DNA of 35,441 nt, taken from Candidatus Sumerlaeia bacterium. Lineage in GTDB: Bacteria > Sumerlaeota > Sumerlaeia > SLMS01. Within the stretch, counting starts at the first letter, position 1. Each line of letters starts with the position of its first letter. The notes under the pieces are model-generated. The model was not told the origin of the DNA. It did no database searches and was given only the letters and a program-made list of their open reading frames with translations. Of the stretch, positions 7,739-16,882 are shown piece by piece. The stretch covers positions 1 to 35,441 of the forward strand of contig JBBQYG010000020.1 in assembly GCA_038208905.1 (NCBI GenBank), read 5' to 3'. Made by a program: the position numbers and the translations under genes.

Positions 7739-9643
7739 ATGAAGAAGAGCATATTGAATTCGCTCACCGCGCTGATGCTCATTGGCGCGGCGCCGGTCGC
7801 CGGTCTGGCTGGTCAGTTTCTCGACAACTTTCAGGACAACAATTTCGCGTCGGAGGCGTGGACCGCTGGATGGGTCGGCGGCAGCGGCGGGTCGGGAAAG
7901 AGCTTAGCCTATCGCACGCGACAGACGTTTCCCATCGGCGCCTCCGACAAGGATTCCGCGCTGGTTCTGATTTCGGGAAACTACTACTACCAGTATGGAA
8001 CCGATCCCGAATCCGCCGCGGGCAACAGCCAGATCGCTGCTTCGGACCGCACGACGGCTTCTCCCGCGCAGCGGCTTCAGTTTGCCGGGCTCAACCTGGC
8101 GCGTGGCACGGCCTATGATGCTACGGCCCACAAGTACCTGCGATTCACCGCATGGCTTCCCGTAACCCAGCCGACCTGGGCCAGCACCAACGCCGCCGAT
8201 ACCTTTGTCGTCGGTATTGGAGAACTCAATCCCTCGCCAAACAGCGGCGTCGGCCCGTGGAACAGCACGGGAACCACGCTGGTCGGCGTTCCCCTCACTT
8301 CCACGCCAACGGCCTATCTGGTCGAGGTCAACGATTCACTCAAGTTCAAGATCGATCCCATCTTTACGGCGATCTTCGGCGGCGCCACCACAACGCGTGC
8401 CTCCATCAACTCCGTGAACTTCGGTTACCGTCGCTCGGGCGCTCCGGCAGCTGCATCCAACCTCGGCCGCATGTTCTTCATCGACGACATCGCCTTTCTC
8501 AATGCCGACCCCGGATATACGCTCACGCCGAGCGGCGCGCCCATCGACGAGTCGGGCCCCGGGAACACCACGACCTTCACCGTGGTCCTCAACGCGCAGA
8601 CCACCAATCCGATCACGATCAGCCCGGTTTCCGCCGCTCCCGGCCAGGTGACGGTGTCGCCCGCCTCCTGGACATTCATTCCCACGGGGACGCCGGGCGC
8701 AAACGAGTCGCTGTGGAATAGCGCCGCCACCTTTACCCTGACCGCCGTGGACGACTTTGCCGACGAGGCCAACACCCCCTACAACATCACGTTCACCAGC
8801 ACGGTCAACGACCTCGCCTACACCAGCGTGCCGCTCCCCACGACCTCGATCACCGTGCAGGACGACGACCTGCCGCCGGGATATACGTTCACCCCCGCCT
8901 CCAACAACCTCAATGAAACCTCGCCGGGGAACACGGCGAACCTCTCCATGGCGCTCGATGGAATTCCCAGCGCCGCCGTGGACGTGACCTTTGCGCCATC
9001 CAACGGCGCCCAGATCGGCGTCTCGCCCACCACGTGGAGATTCCTTCCGTCGGGAATTCCCGGCGCGGGCGAATCGCTGTGGAACTCCCCCGCCAGCATC
9101 ACCGTTACGGCCACCGACGACGGCGTGGACGAGGCCGATATCACCTATACCGTGACGGCGAATGTGACCACGTCGGACCTTGCCTATACCGCGCTGGCCA
9201 ATCCCGCCGTCAATGTGCAGGTGCTGGACGACGACCTGCCCGCAGCGTATTCCTTCACGCCCGCCAGCAACACCATCAACGAATCCCCCGCGGGGAACTC
9301 GGTGAACCTCTCGCTCGCGCTGGCCAGCGCGCCGACATCGGCCATCGACGTCACCTTCGTCCCGTCCAACGGCGCCCAGATCAGCGTCTCGCCCACAACG
9401 TGGCGCTTCCTTGCGTCGGGAATTCCCGGCGCGGGAGAGTCACTCTGGAGCACCCCAGCGGCGGTCACCGTGACGGCAGTAGGGGACGGCGTGGACGAGC
9501 CGGACACGACCTATACCGTGACGGCGGACGCGACCACGGCGGATGCGGCATTCACGCTGCTGGCGGATCCGGTGGCGAACGTGGAAGTGCTGGACGACGA
9601 CGTGGTCGCTAGCGTTGGCGAGTGGACAATCCTGGAAGACTGA
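7739..9643 (+). CDS. Secreted surface protein: N-terminal CBM-like beta-sandwich + three Calx-beta-like repeats
   Basis: Signal peptide; FFIDDIAF strand ends the N-domain; three 122-aa repeats ending [QL]DDD; AAGGA SD upstream. Confidence 0.75.
   Translation: MKKSILNSLTALMLIGAAPVAGLAGQFLDNFQDNNFASEAWTAGWVGGSGGSGKSLAYRTRQTFPIGASDKDSALVLISGNYYYQYGTDPESAAGNSQIAASDRTTASPAQRLQFAGLNLARGTAYDATAHKYLRFTAWLPVTQPTWASTNAADTFVVGIGELNPSPNSGVGPWNSTGTTLVGVPLTSTPTAYLVEVNDSLKFKIDPIFTAIFGGATTTRASINSVNFGYRRSGAPAAASNLGRMFFIDDIAFLNADPGYTLTPSGAPIDESGPGNTTTFTVVLNAQTTNPITISPVSAAPGQVTVSPASWTFIPTGTPGANESLWNSAATFTLTAVDDFADEANTPYNITFTSTVNDLAYTSVPLPTTSITVQDDDLPPGYTFTPASNNLNETSPGNTANLSMALDGIPSAAVDVTFAPSNGAQIGVSPTTWRFLPSGIPGAGESLWNSPASITVTATDDGVDEADITYTVTANVTTSDLAYTALANPAVNVQVLDDDLPAAYSFTPASNTINESPAGNSVNLSLALASAPTSAIDVTFVPSNGAQISVSPTTWRFLASGIPGAGESLWSTPAAVTVTAVGDGVDEPDTTYTVTADATTADAAFTLLADPVANVEVLDDDVVASVGEWTILED
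8510..9601 (+). repeat. Three intragenic tandem repeats, 366-bp period
   Basis: Repeats start at 8510, 8876 and 9242; copies 2 and 3 share long near-identical DNA, e.g. CGTCGGGAATTCCCGGCGCGGG and TCCAACGGCGCCCAGATC. Confidence 0.85.
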
Positions 9644-9648
9644 GCCCG

Positions 9649-12600
9649 ATGAAGAAGCCGCATTCCATCGCGCGGGGGGGGAGCGCTGTCTCCCTCCTCG
9701 CTGCGCTTTCCCTGCTCGCGGGAATCACGTCCGCCCAGGAGGCGCGGACGGGATGGAGGGCCGCGTTTGAGCCGGCTGGCATCATCGCCACCGGCGCAGA
9801 GCCGTTTGCCATCGAGCTGGCCGATGTGGACGACGACGGCGACATCGACGCGGTGACGGTATCGCGCACAGACAGCACCGTGGCGTGGCAGGAAAACACC
9901 GACGGCCGGGGCGGCGCCTGGCTGGCCCACACCATCACCACGGCCAGCGCGGCGCCGCTGAACTTTGCGCTCGCCGATTTCAACGACGACGATTTCCCCG
10001 ATGTGGTCGTCGCCTCCTCTGGCGAGGACCGCGTCGATTGGTACCAAAATCCGGGTACGCCGGGCGGCGCATGGGCCGCGCACTCGATCTATGCCCCCCC
10101 CGCGCAGCCCACCCCGCCCGACATCACCACGCCGACCTATCTGGTGGTGGCCGACATGGACGACGACGGCGACACCGACGTGGTGGTGGCCTCCTACACC
10201 GATCGCCGCGTGACGCTGCTCATCAATGGCGACGGCGCAGGGCAGAGCTGGACGCGGCAGACGCTCTCCTCCAATGCGCGAGATACGCTGGGCCTTGCCG
10301 TTGGCGACCTGACCGGCGAAGGCGATATCGACGTCGTATCGCTCTCGACCTTCGACGATTCCGTGGGCGCGCTGATCAACGATGGCGCCACGCCGCCCAT
10401 CTTCGCCTCCATCGCCATCGAGCCCACCGGCGGCCAGCCCTCCACCGTGAACTTTCCATCGAACGCGTGTATAGACGACTTCGACGGCGACGGCCGCGCC
10501 GACATCGCGGTGGTGTCGATCCTGGACTCCAAGCTGTCGCTGTATACGAACCTCGGCGGATCGCCGCCGACATTCGCCGCCAGCACGCTGCGCAGCTTTC
10601 CGCCGCTCTTTGGCGTGGGATTCAACGGCCTGTTTCGCGCGGCGGCATTCGACGCAGACCGCGACGGCGACGCCGACATCGCGACGGCGTCGCTCTATGA
10701 CGGGCAGGTGGGCTTTCTGGAGAACCGCCTGAGCGAGGGCCTCGGCTGGCCCTTCACGACCGTCACCGCCGCAGCCTCCGGCGCGACCCACGTTGGCGTC
10801 GGCGACATCGACGGCGACGGTCGCGTGGACATGGCCAGTTCCGCCAGCTATGCCGGGCGATTCGAGTGGTACCGCAACGTGGGCGGGCAGTGGGACGCCG
10901 CCGGCATCGACCGCGCCCCCGCGCTCGCGACACCGTCCACGACCACTCCACTGGCGACTCTGCGCATTCATAGCTTTGGCCGAGCGGGCGACGAGACGCT
11001 GTCGCTCGACGCAATGACGCTCGGCTTCACCACGCGCGACGGCGCCACGATCACGCTCGCACAGGCCGCGCCCCTGCTGGAGACCATTCACATCCACCTC
11101 GACGGCGACCAGGACGGCGCAATCGGTGGTCCGATGGATGCACTGATCGAGAGCATTGATATGCCGAGTACCGGCGCCACGGAACTGACCGTCGCGCTCA
11201 ACGGCGCCAACATCCCCCCCGGCGATACCGTGGACTTCCTGATCGCGGCGGATATACGCGCCACGGCGGAGTCCGCGACACCGGCGGCGCTGCGCCTCTC
11301 CGTCGCATTCGACGATCTGTTCGTCAGCGGAATCGAGACCTTCGATCCCGCGACACGCCACGCGGGCCCAACGAGTTTCCTGACCAAGAGCATCACCGCC
11401 GACGGTGTTCCGCCCGCCGCGCCCACGATCCTGGGCATCGATCCCGACACGGGCGTCGCCGGCGACGCCATCACCAACCAGGCCGCCATCGCGGCGGGGG
11501 GCAGCGCGGAGCCACGCGCCACGGTGACGCTTCTGCGCAATGGCGCGGCGGTGGGGACGGGCCTGGCCGATGCACTGGGGGCCTGGCGTATAGACGCGGG
11601 CATCCTGGGGGCGGGGCGATCCACGCTGACGGCGCGCGCGACGGACGGGGCGGGGAACCAAGGGCCGCTCTCCTCCAGCTTCTTCGCCACGCTCGACCTC
11701 GTCGCGCCGACCGTGCAGCTTGGCGCGCCCGACCTGACCGCCACGCGCTCCGGTCCCGTGCGGATCCCCGTCGTCTTCGCGGGGCAAAACCGCGTGGATC
11801 TTTCGCCCGCCCATGTGGCGATCGAGGGCACCGGAATCACCGGCTACCAAGTGGCAACCACCGCCAACCAGATCACCGTTTCGGCAATCACGGGCGACGG
11901 CAGTTTCACCGTTCGGGTGCTGGAAGGCGCCGCGTCGGACAACTCCGGCAATGCGACCGCCGCATCCGGGCCGTCGGCGACGATCCTGGTGGACAACACT
12001 CCCCCGGCGGTGGACTTCGGCGCGCCGACGCCATCGCGCGCGCGCAGTGGAAGCATTGTCTATACACTCGACGTGGAGCCTGGCGCGATCCCGGCGCCGA
12101 ACATCGCGGCCCTTGTGGGCGTGCAGGCCACCGGCACCGCGAATGGATCCGCGACACTGACGGGGAACCAGATCGCAATCGCGAGCCTCGGCGGAACCGG
12201 CACGCTGAGCCCGACGCTCGCAGCGGGTGCCTTTGCCGACGCGATGGGCAATGCCACGCCTCTCCTGGTCGCAGGCGATGCCGCCGCCATCGACAACACC
12301 CCGCCGTCGGCCACCTTCGCGACGCTTGGAGATGGCATCGTCGTGGGCGAGCCGATGCTGCTCGAGGTGGCGGGGGCCTCCGAGCCCATCCAGACGACAC
12401 AGCTTTGGGTGCGCTTCGACGGAGCCGCATGGACGCTTGCCTCCGGCCCCCTTGTCTATACGCCCTCACGCGTGGACGACGCCGCCGACGGACTCTATGA
12501 GTTCTACGTGAGGCTTGGCGACGACCTTGGCAATCTCGGGCCCGCGCCGGTGCCGGGCACGCCGCCATCCGGTTCCATTCTTTTCAACAGCGCCGGGGGC

Positions 12601-13026
12601 TCCTGGTATCGGCGCGACCTCTCCGCCGGGGGGCCGTTCCTGTTTCCAGCCGAGACGGGCCGCGCCGTCGAGCTGGAGACGGATTCCACGGGCGGCATTG
12701 TTAGGACTCTGTGGCGTGACGATGTGGACCTCGCCCCCGCCAACCTCGATCCGGCGCTGCTGGCGGGCGTGACACTCGTGATCGAGGCCAACGTGTCTAT
12801 ACAAGGAACGTGGACGATTCCGATGCCCGCCGCTCTCGATCTTTCATTGCTGGAGGACATCTGGGTGGCGCGCGATGGCGTCGTTTCCCTGGCGGGCGGA
12901 ATTGTTGGCGTGGACCCGGTGGCGGACACGGCGACGATCACCCTGGATGTGGACGCAGGCATGACGACTGTATATCTCGCAAGACCGGGCGCACTCCTCT
13001 CCGCCGGGCCGGAGGCCTGCCCATGA
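9649..13026 (+). CDS. Secreted FG-GAP/VCBS-repeat protein with bacterial Ig-like domains
   Basis: Signal peptide from ATG 9649; seven DxDxDGxxD-type repeats; DGAGN/DNTPP Ig-like repeats; ATGA overlap with the next gene. Confidence 0.82.
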   Translation: MKKPHSIARGGSAVSLLAALSLLAGITSAQEARTGWRAAFEPAGIIATGAEPFAIELADVDDDGDIDAVTVSRTDSTVAWQENTDGRGGAWLAHTITTASAAPLNFALADFNDDDFPDVVVASSGEDRVDWYQNPGTPGGAWAAHSIYAPPAQPTPPDITTPTYLVVADMDDDGDTDVVVASYTDRRVTLLINGDGAGQSWTRQTLSSNARDTLGLAVGDLTGEGDIDVVSLSTFDDSVGALINDGATPPIFASIAIEPTGGQPSTVNFPSNACIDDFDGDGRADIAVVSILDSKLSLYTNLGGSPPTFAASTLRSFPPLFGVGFNGLFRAAAFDADRDGDADIATASLYDGQVGFLENRLSEGLGWPFTTVTAAASGATHVGVGDIDGDGRVDMASSASYAGRFEWYRNVGGQWDAAGIDRAPALATPSTTTPLATLRIHSFGRAGDETLSLDAMTLGFTTRDGATITLAQAAPLLETIHIHLDGDQDGAIGGPMDALIESIDMPSTGATELTVALNGANIPPGDTVDFLIAADIRATAESATPAALRLSVAFDDLFVSGIETFDPATRHAGPTSFLTKSITADGVPPAAPTILGIDPDTGVAGDAITNQAAIAAGGSAEPRATVTLLRNGAAVGTGLADALGAWRIDAGILGAGRSTLTARATDGAGNQGPLSSSFFATLDLVAPTVQLGAPDLTATRSGPVRIPVVFAGQNRVDLSPAHVAIEGTGITGYQVATTANQITVSAITGDGSFTVRVLEGAASDNSGNATAASGPSATILVDNTPPAVDFGAPTPSRARSGSIVYTLDVEPGAIPAPNIAALVGVQATGTANGSATLTGNQIAIASLGGTGTLSPTLAAGAFADAMGNATPLLVAGDAAAIDNTPPSATFATLGDGIVVGEPMLLEVAGASEPIQTTQLWVRFDGAAWTLASGPLVYTPSRVDDAADGLYEFYVRLGDDLGNLGPAPVPGTPPSGSILFNSAGGSWYRRDLSAGGPFLFPAETGRAVELETDSTGGIVRTLWRDDVDLAPANLDPALLAGVTLVIEANVSIQGTWTIPMPAALDLSLLEDIWVARDGVVSLAGGIVGVDPVADTATITLDVDAGMTTVYLARPGALLSAGPEACP

Positions 13027-16000
13027 AGCGCGCGATACTCCTTCTTACGGCGATGGCCTGCGCGGGCACTGCCCCCGGTGCCGTGTGGGACGACTTCGTG
13101 GCCGCGCGGAGTGCCAACGAGCGCTCGCCGATTCCCGATTTCTCCTACGCGGGCTATCATCGCGGAGAGGCCCGCCCGCCCCACGTGGCCGGGCCGATCT
13201 TCAACGTGACCGATTTCGGCGCCGTCGCCGACGATGGGCTAAGCGACCGCGACGCCATCCAGTCCGCGATTACGGCGGCGGAGACCGCGGGCGGCGGCGT
13301 GGTGTTTTTTCCTCCGGGGAGCTTCACCTTCAACACCGCGGCGGCGGTGGGCTCCACCATCAGGATCAGGGGGAGCAACGTAGTCCTCCGCGGAAGCGGC
13401 AGCGGCGAGGGCGGCACCGAGCTCTTCATGGCACGGAACTTCACGCCGACCGATCCGGCGCGCCCGTGGACGACGCCGTGGATGTTTGAGATCGCTCCTC
13501 CGGCACAGGGGCAGCCGCTGGTCACCACCCTCGCGGAGTTGGCGCCGATGGGCGCCGACTCCATCGTGGTTCAGAACGCGGCGACGCTCAGCCCCGGCGA
13601 CTGGATCACGCTGAGCCTGGCGGATCCCGCCGCGATGGAGAGCTTCCTCGCGCCGCTTCGCGCCTCGGGCGCGTGGACACGTCTATACACCGACGGCCTT
13701 CGCGCCAGCGAGCGGCACGAAGTCGATCGCGTGGAGGGAAACCGTGTTTTCCTGCGCGAGCGCCTGTTGACGGACATCGACCCGCAGTTTGCCTGGCGCG
13801 TTGTGCGCACGCCGGCCATCGAGGAGATCGGCTTCGAGGACATCCTGTTTCGCGGCAACTGGAAGGAGACCTTTGTCCACCACCAGAACGCGACCCACGA
13901 CTATGGATGGAGCGCCCTGCTGTTCACCTTCGTCGCGAATAGCTGGGTCCAGCGCTGCCGCTTCGTGGATTGGAACTACGCGGTGCAGTTCGACAGGACT
14001 TCTTACAGCACCGTCCTGCACACCTCGCTGGAAGGGAACCGCGGCCACTTCGGATTCACGTCGCGCGGCGGGAGCAACACGCTCTTCGCCCTGTCGCGCG
14101 ACACGTCGTCTGCGTTTCACTCCGCAAGCTGGGGCTACGAAAGCAGCGGCGTCGTGTTCTGGCGCTATGACTATGCGGGAAACACGTGCTGGGACGCGCA
14201 TGGCGGCACGCCCTATGCCACGCTCATCGATGCGTCGTCGGGCGGCGTGGAGTATGGCCACAGCAGCGGACCCATCGAGGGGCTGCCGAATCACCTGCGC
14301 GATTTCGTGCTCTGGAACTTCACTCAGATCGGCGCGCCGGTCGCTGGCTATGATTTCTGGCGTCCCGATCCGTTTGCCTACGACCGCTTCGTGATGCCGT
14401 GGATCGTGGGCTTTACCGGCACCGGGACCACGTTCAACGCGGCGCACGCGCAGATCGAGAGCCACGGTCAGCGCGTCGATCCAGAGTCACTGTACGAGGC
14501 CCAGATGGCGCTGCGCCTTGGCGCGCCGCCAACGTGGATCGCACAGGCCAAGCGCGACTGGGACGTGGTGAGGGAGGCGCGCGCCATCGTGCCCGGGCAC
14601 GATGCCGTGGCCGCGCGCACCGCCGACACGATCACGCCCAACGCGGTCAATGCGCTCGATGCGACTCTTGTCTATTCGGGGCTCTCGCCCTTCGCCACCA
14701 ACCTCTCCATTGCGGAGGACGGCGGCTCCGCGGTCGACGTGCTTCTGGATGGAATCACCGATCGCGCTCCGTGGAGTTTTGCTCCGGGCCCAGATGGCGT
14801 GCGGCGACTGACGCTGCGTCTCTCCAACATCACCGCCACGGCGGGCGAGGTGCAGTTGGACGTCGTACTCGACCGCGTGGCTCCATCGGTTCCGGCATTC
14901 GCGGAGGCGAGCGCCTCCACCACCTCCTCTCCTGTCTCCATCGTGTGGAATGCGAGCGACGACGGCGCTGGTTCCGGCATCGCGGGATACGATGTGGAGG
15001 TTGCGCCGCTTCCCTCTGGCGCGCCGCAGACCTACTTCGCCAACGCAAACGCGCTCGATGTCATTCTCGCGGAGGGCGACTTTTCGATTCGTGTGCGCGC
15101 AGCGGATGGCGCCGGGAATCGCAGCGCGTGGAGCACCGCGCCGCTGGCGCTGACGGTCGATGGCACCGCGCCGTCCGCGATTGCCGATGCGACGATCGCG
15201 CCGGGGAATCAGTTCGCCGATTCGTGGGCGACGGGCGCGGCGCAATTCGACTTCGCCGGTACTGCCGAGCCCGGCGCCGCGATTCACATTCTGTATCGCG
15301 GCGCGGAGTACGAGGCCGTCGCCAATGCGGGCGGCACATTCAGCGCGACGATTCCCGCGGGCGAGGAGGGCACCGCCGAGCTGCTGGCCGTGGCGGAGGA
15401 TGACGCGGGGAACCAGGGCGTGGAGGCCTCCATCGCCATCGTCGTCGATCGCACTCCGCCCAACTTCACGTTCGGGTTCCTGCCAGCCGTCCCCCATGCA
15501 TCCACCTTGCCGGTTCCGTTTCCGATCAGCGTTTCCGATGCGACGCCGGTCACGCTGAATTCGGCGCAGATCCAACGCCAGATCACCGGCAACCTGGTGG
15601 TGGAGGGCGTAACGCTCTCGGGCTCAACCCTGATGGTCGCGATTGGCAAGGCGGTTGGGGATCTGCCGCTCAGCGGGGCCATCCGGCTGCGCGGGCTTGC
15701 GGGGGCGTTGACCGATGCGGCGGGAAATCAATCCGCGCTCACCGGATTTTCCGGGGTGATCGCCGTCGATGTCACTCCGCCCACGGCGGGCATCGCCACG
15801 CGCCCGCCCTATCAGGCCGGCGGAGACATTGATCTCGCGATCACGCTGGCCGATGACCAGCCAACCAACGACATCGAGTCCGCCTTCTGGATCCAGCCAC
15901 CCGGATTGCCCTGGCGCGTGCTTGCCGGGGGGACTCCCGGCCCGGGAAGTTTTGTCTATACACCCACGACGCGCGGCGAGGAGTTCGACGGCGTCTATCG

Positions 16001-16544
16001 CTTCGCCGTCCGCGCCACTGACCCCGGCGGCAACGCCAACTTTCCCGCCACGGGCCCCGGCCCCGAGACGCCGATCACGCCAGTCGCGTTCAACACCGAG
16101 GCCGGTACGCCGTTTGTCCACGACATCGCGGAGAACGGCATATTCCACTTCCCCATCGTCACGAATCGCGTCGCGTCGCTCCAGATTGCGGCGCTGCGCC
16201 AGCCGGGCCTCCTCCAGTTCACTAATCCCGATGGGCTCCCAATGCTTCCGCCGCGCTTCATTCCCGCGCTGCTGCTGCCACAACACTGGATCGCCGACAC
16301 CGACACGCTCCGCGCCGTGGATGGAACGCTCATGTTTTCCTTCCCGACTCCGATCCCCGCTGGCATCGGCGCGGTGGACATGGCGTGGCGGATTGCTCCG
16401 GGTGGCTCCATCGCCGAGCCCCACGCCGCGCTCCCCGGCGGCGCGCCGGGCACGCTGACCTTCGCGGTGTGCGAGATCGAGGGCACCTGGATCCTCGGCT
16501 CCTCGCGCGCGCTGCCTCTGCCGGAATCGATGACGATCTACTGA
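13023..16544 (+). CDS. Secreted beta-helix (Pectate_lyase_3/DUF4955-like) putative polysaccharide-active protein with FN3/Ig-like stalk
   Basis: Start at ATG 13023 (MKRAILLL...); PDFSYAGYHRGE, FNVTDFGAVADDG, GGVVFFPPG, VVLRGSGS, LPNHLRDFVLWN, PESLYEAQ motifs; DGAGN Ig repeats. Confidence 0.78.
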   Translation: MKRAILLLTAMACAGTAPGAVWDDFVAARSANERSPIPDFSYAGYHRGEARPPHVAGPIFNVTDFGAVADDGLSDRDAIQSAITAAETAGGGVVFFPPGSFTFNTAAAVGSTIRIRGSNVVLRGSGSGEGGTELFMARNFTPTDPARPWTTPWMFEIAPPAQGQPLVTTLAELAPMGADSIVVQNAATLSPGDWITLSLADPAAMESFLAPLRASGAWTRLYTDGLRASERHEVDRVEGNRVFLRERLLTDIDPQFAWRVVRTPAIEEIGFEDILFRGNWKETFVHHQNATHDYGWSALLFTFVANSWVQRCRFVDWNYAVQFDRTSYSTVLHTSLEGNRGHFGFTSRGGSNTLFALSRDTSSAFHSASWGYESSGVVFWRYDYAGNTCWDAHGGTPYATLIDASSGGVEYGHSSGPIEGLPNHLRDFVLWNFTQIGAPVAGYDFWRPDPFAYDRFVMPWIVGFTGTGTTFNAAHAQIESHGQRVDPESLYEAQMALRLGAPPTWIAQAKRDWDVVREARAIVPGHDAVAARTADTITPNAVNALDATLVYSGLSPFATNLSIAEDGGSAVDVLLDGITDRAPWSFAPGPDGVRRLTLRLSNITATAGEVQLDVVLDRVAPSVPAFAEASASTTSSPVSIVWNASDDGAGSGIAGYDVEVAPLPSGAPQTYFANANALDVILAEGDFSIRVRAADGAGNRSAWSTAPLALTVDGTAPSAIADATIAPGNQFADSWATGAAQFDFAGTAEPGAAIHILYRGAEYEAVANAGGTFSATIPAGEEGTAELLAVAEDDAGNQGVEASIAIVVDRTPPNFTFGFLPAVPHASTLPVPFPISVSDATPVTLNSAQIQRQITGNLVVEGVTLSGSTLMVAIGKAVGDLPLSGAIRLRGLAGALTDAAGNQSALTGFSGVIAVDVTPPTAGIATRPPYQAGGDIDLAITLADDQPTNDIESAFWIQPPGLPWRVLAGGTPGPGSFVYTPTTRGEEFDGVYRFAVRATDPGGNANFPATGPGPETPITPVAFNTEAGTPFVHDIAENGIFHFPIVTNRVASLQIAALRQPGLLQFTNPDGLPMLPPRFIPALLLPQHWIADTDTLRAVDGTLMFSFPTPIPAGIGAVDMAWRIAPGGSIAEPHAALPGGAPGTLTFAVCEIEGTWILGSSRALPLPESMTIY

Positions 16545-16642
16545 GGAGACTCGCCACCCGCGCCCGCCATGATCCCCGTCGCGGGGTCTCAGGCCGCCCG
16601 ACCCCGGCTGAAGCTTTTTTATGAACTTCGGGCCAAGCCAAG

Positions 16643-16734
16643 GTAGCACGCGCATCCAGTGCCCAAGCCCCGACCAACCTCCCGTTCTGCGAAGGCCCTG
16701 GGATGCACCCACATGGGCGTGGCTTCCATGCCAC
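16643..16734. repeat. Degenerate GTAG-type REP doublet
   Basis: GTAGCACGCGCATCC at 16643 and inverted CATGGGCGTGGCTTCCATGCCAC (16712-16734), similar to the REPs at 32-93. Confidence 0.45.
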
Positions 16735-16882
16735 CGTGCTTCGCGGCCTTGAACCCGGCGGATTCCCCCCGCCATCGTGGCGCCCCGGTGAACAAGCGCG
16801 CACGGGACCGGTTTCGGCTTGAGCAAGGGGCACGTTGGAAGCCTCATACTCCGTTTGGGAATAGTCCCCGGAGGAGCCTCCC

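Noticed and set aside
16583-16620. Terminator after the beta-helix gene (GGGGTC...GACCCC then T run)
   Set aside because: Short stem, large loop and a T tract separated from the stem; too weak to call.
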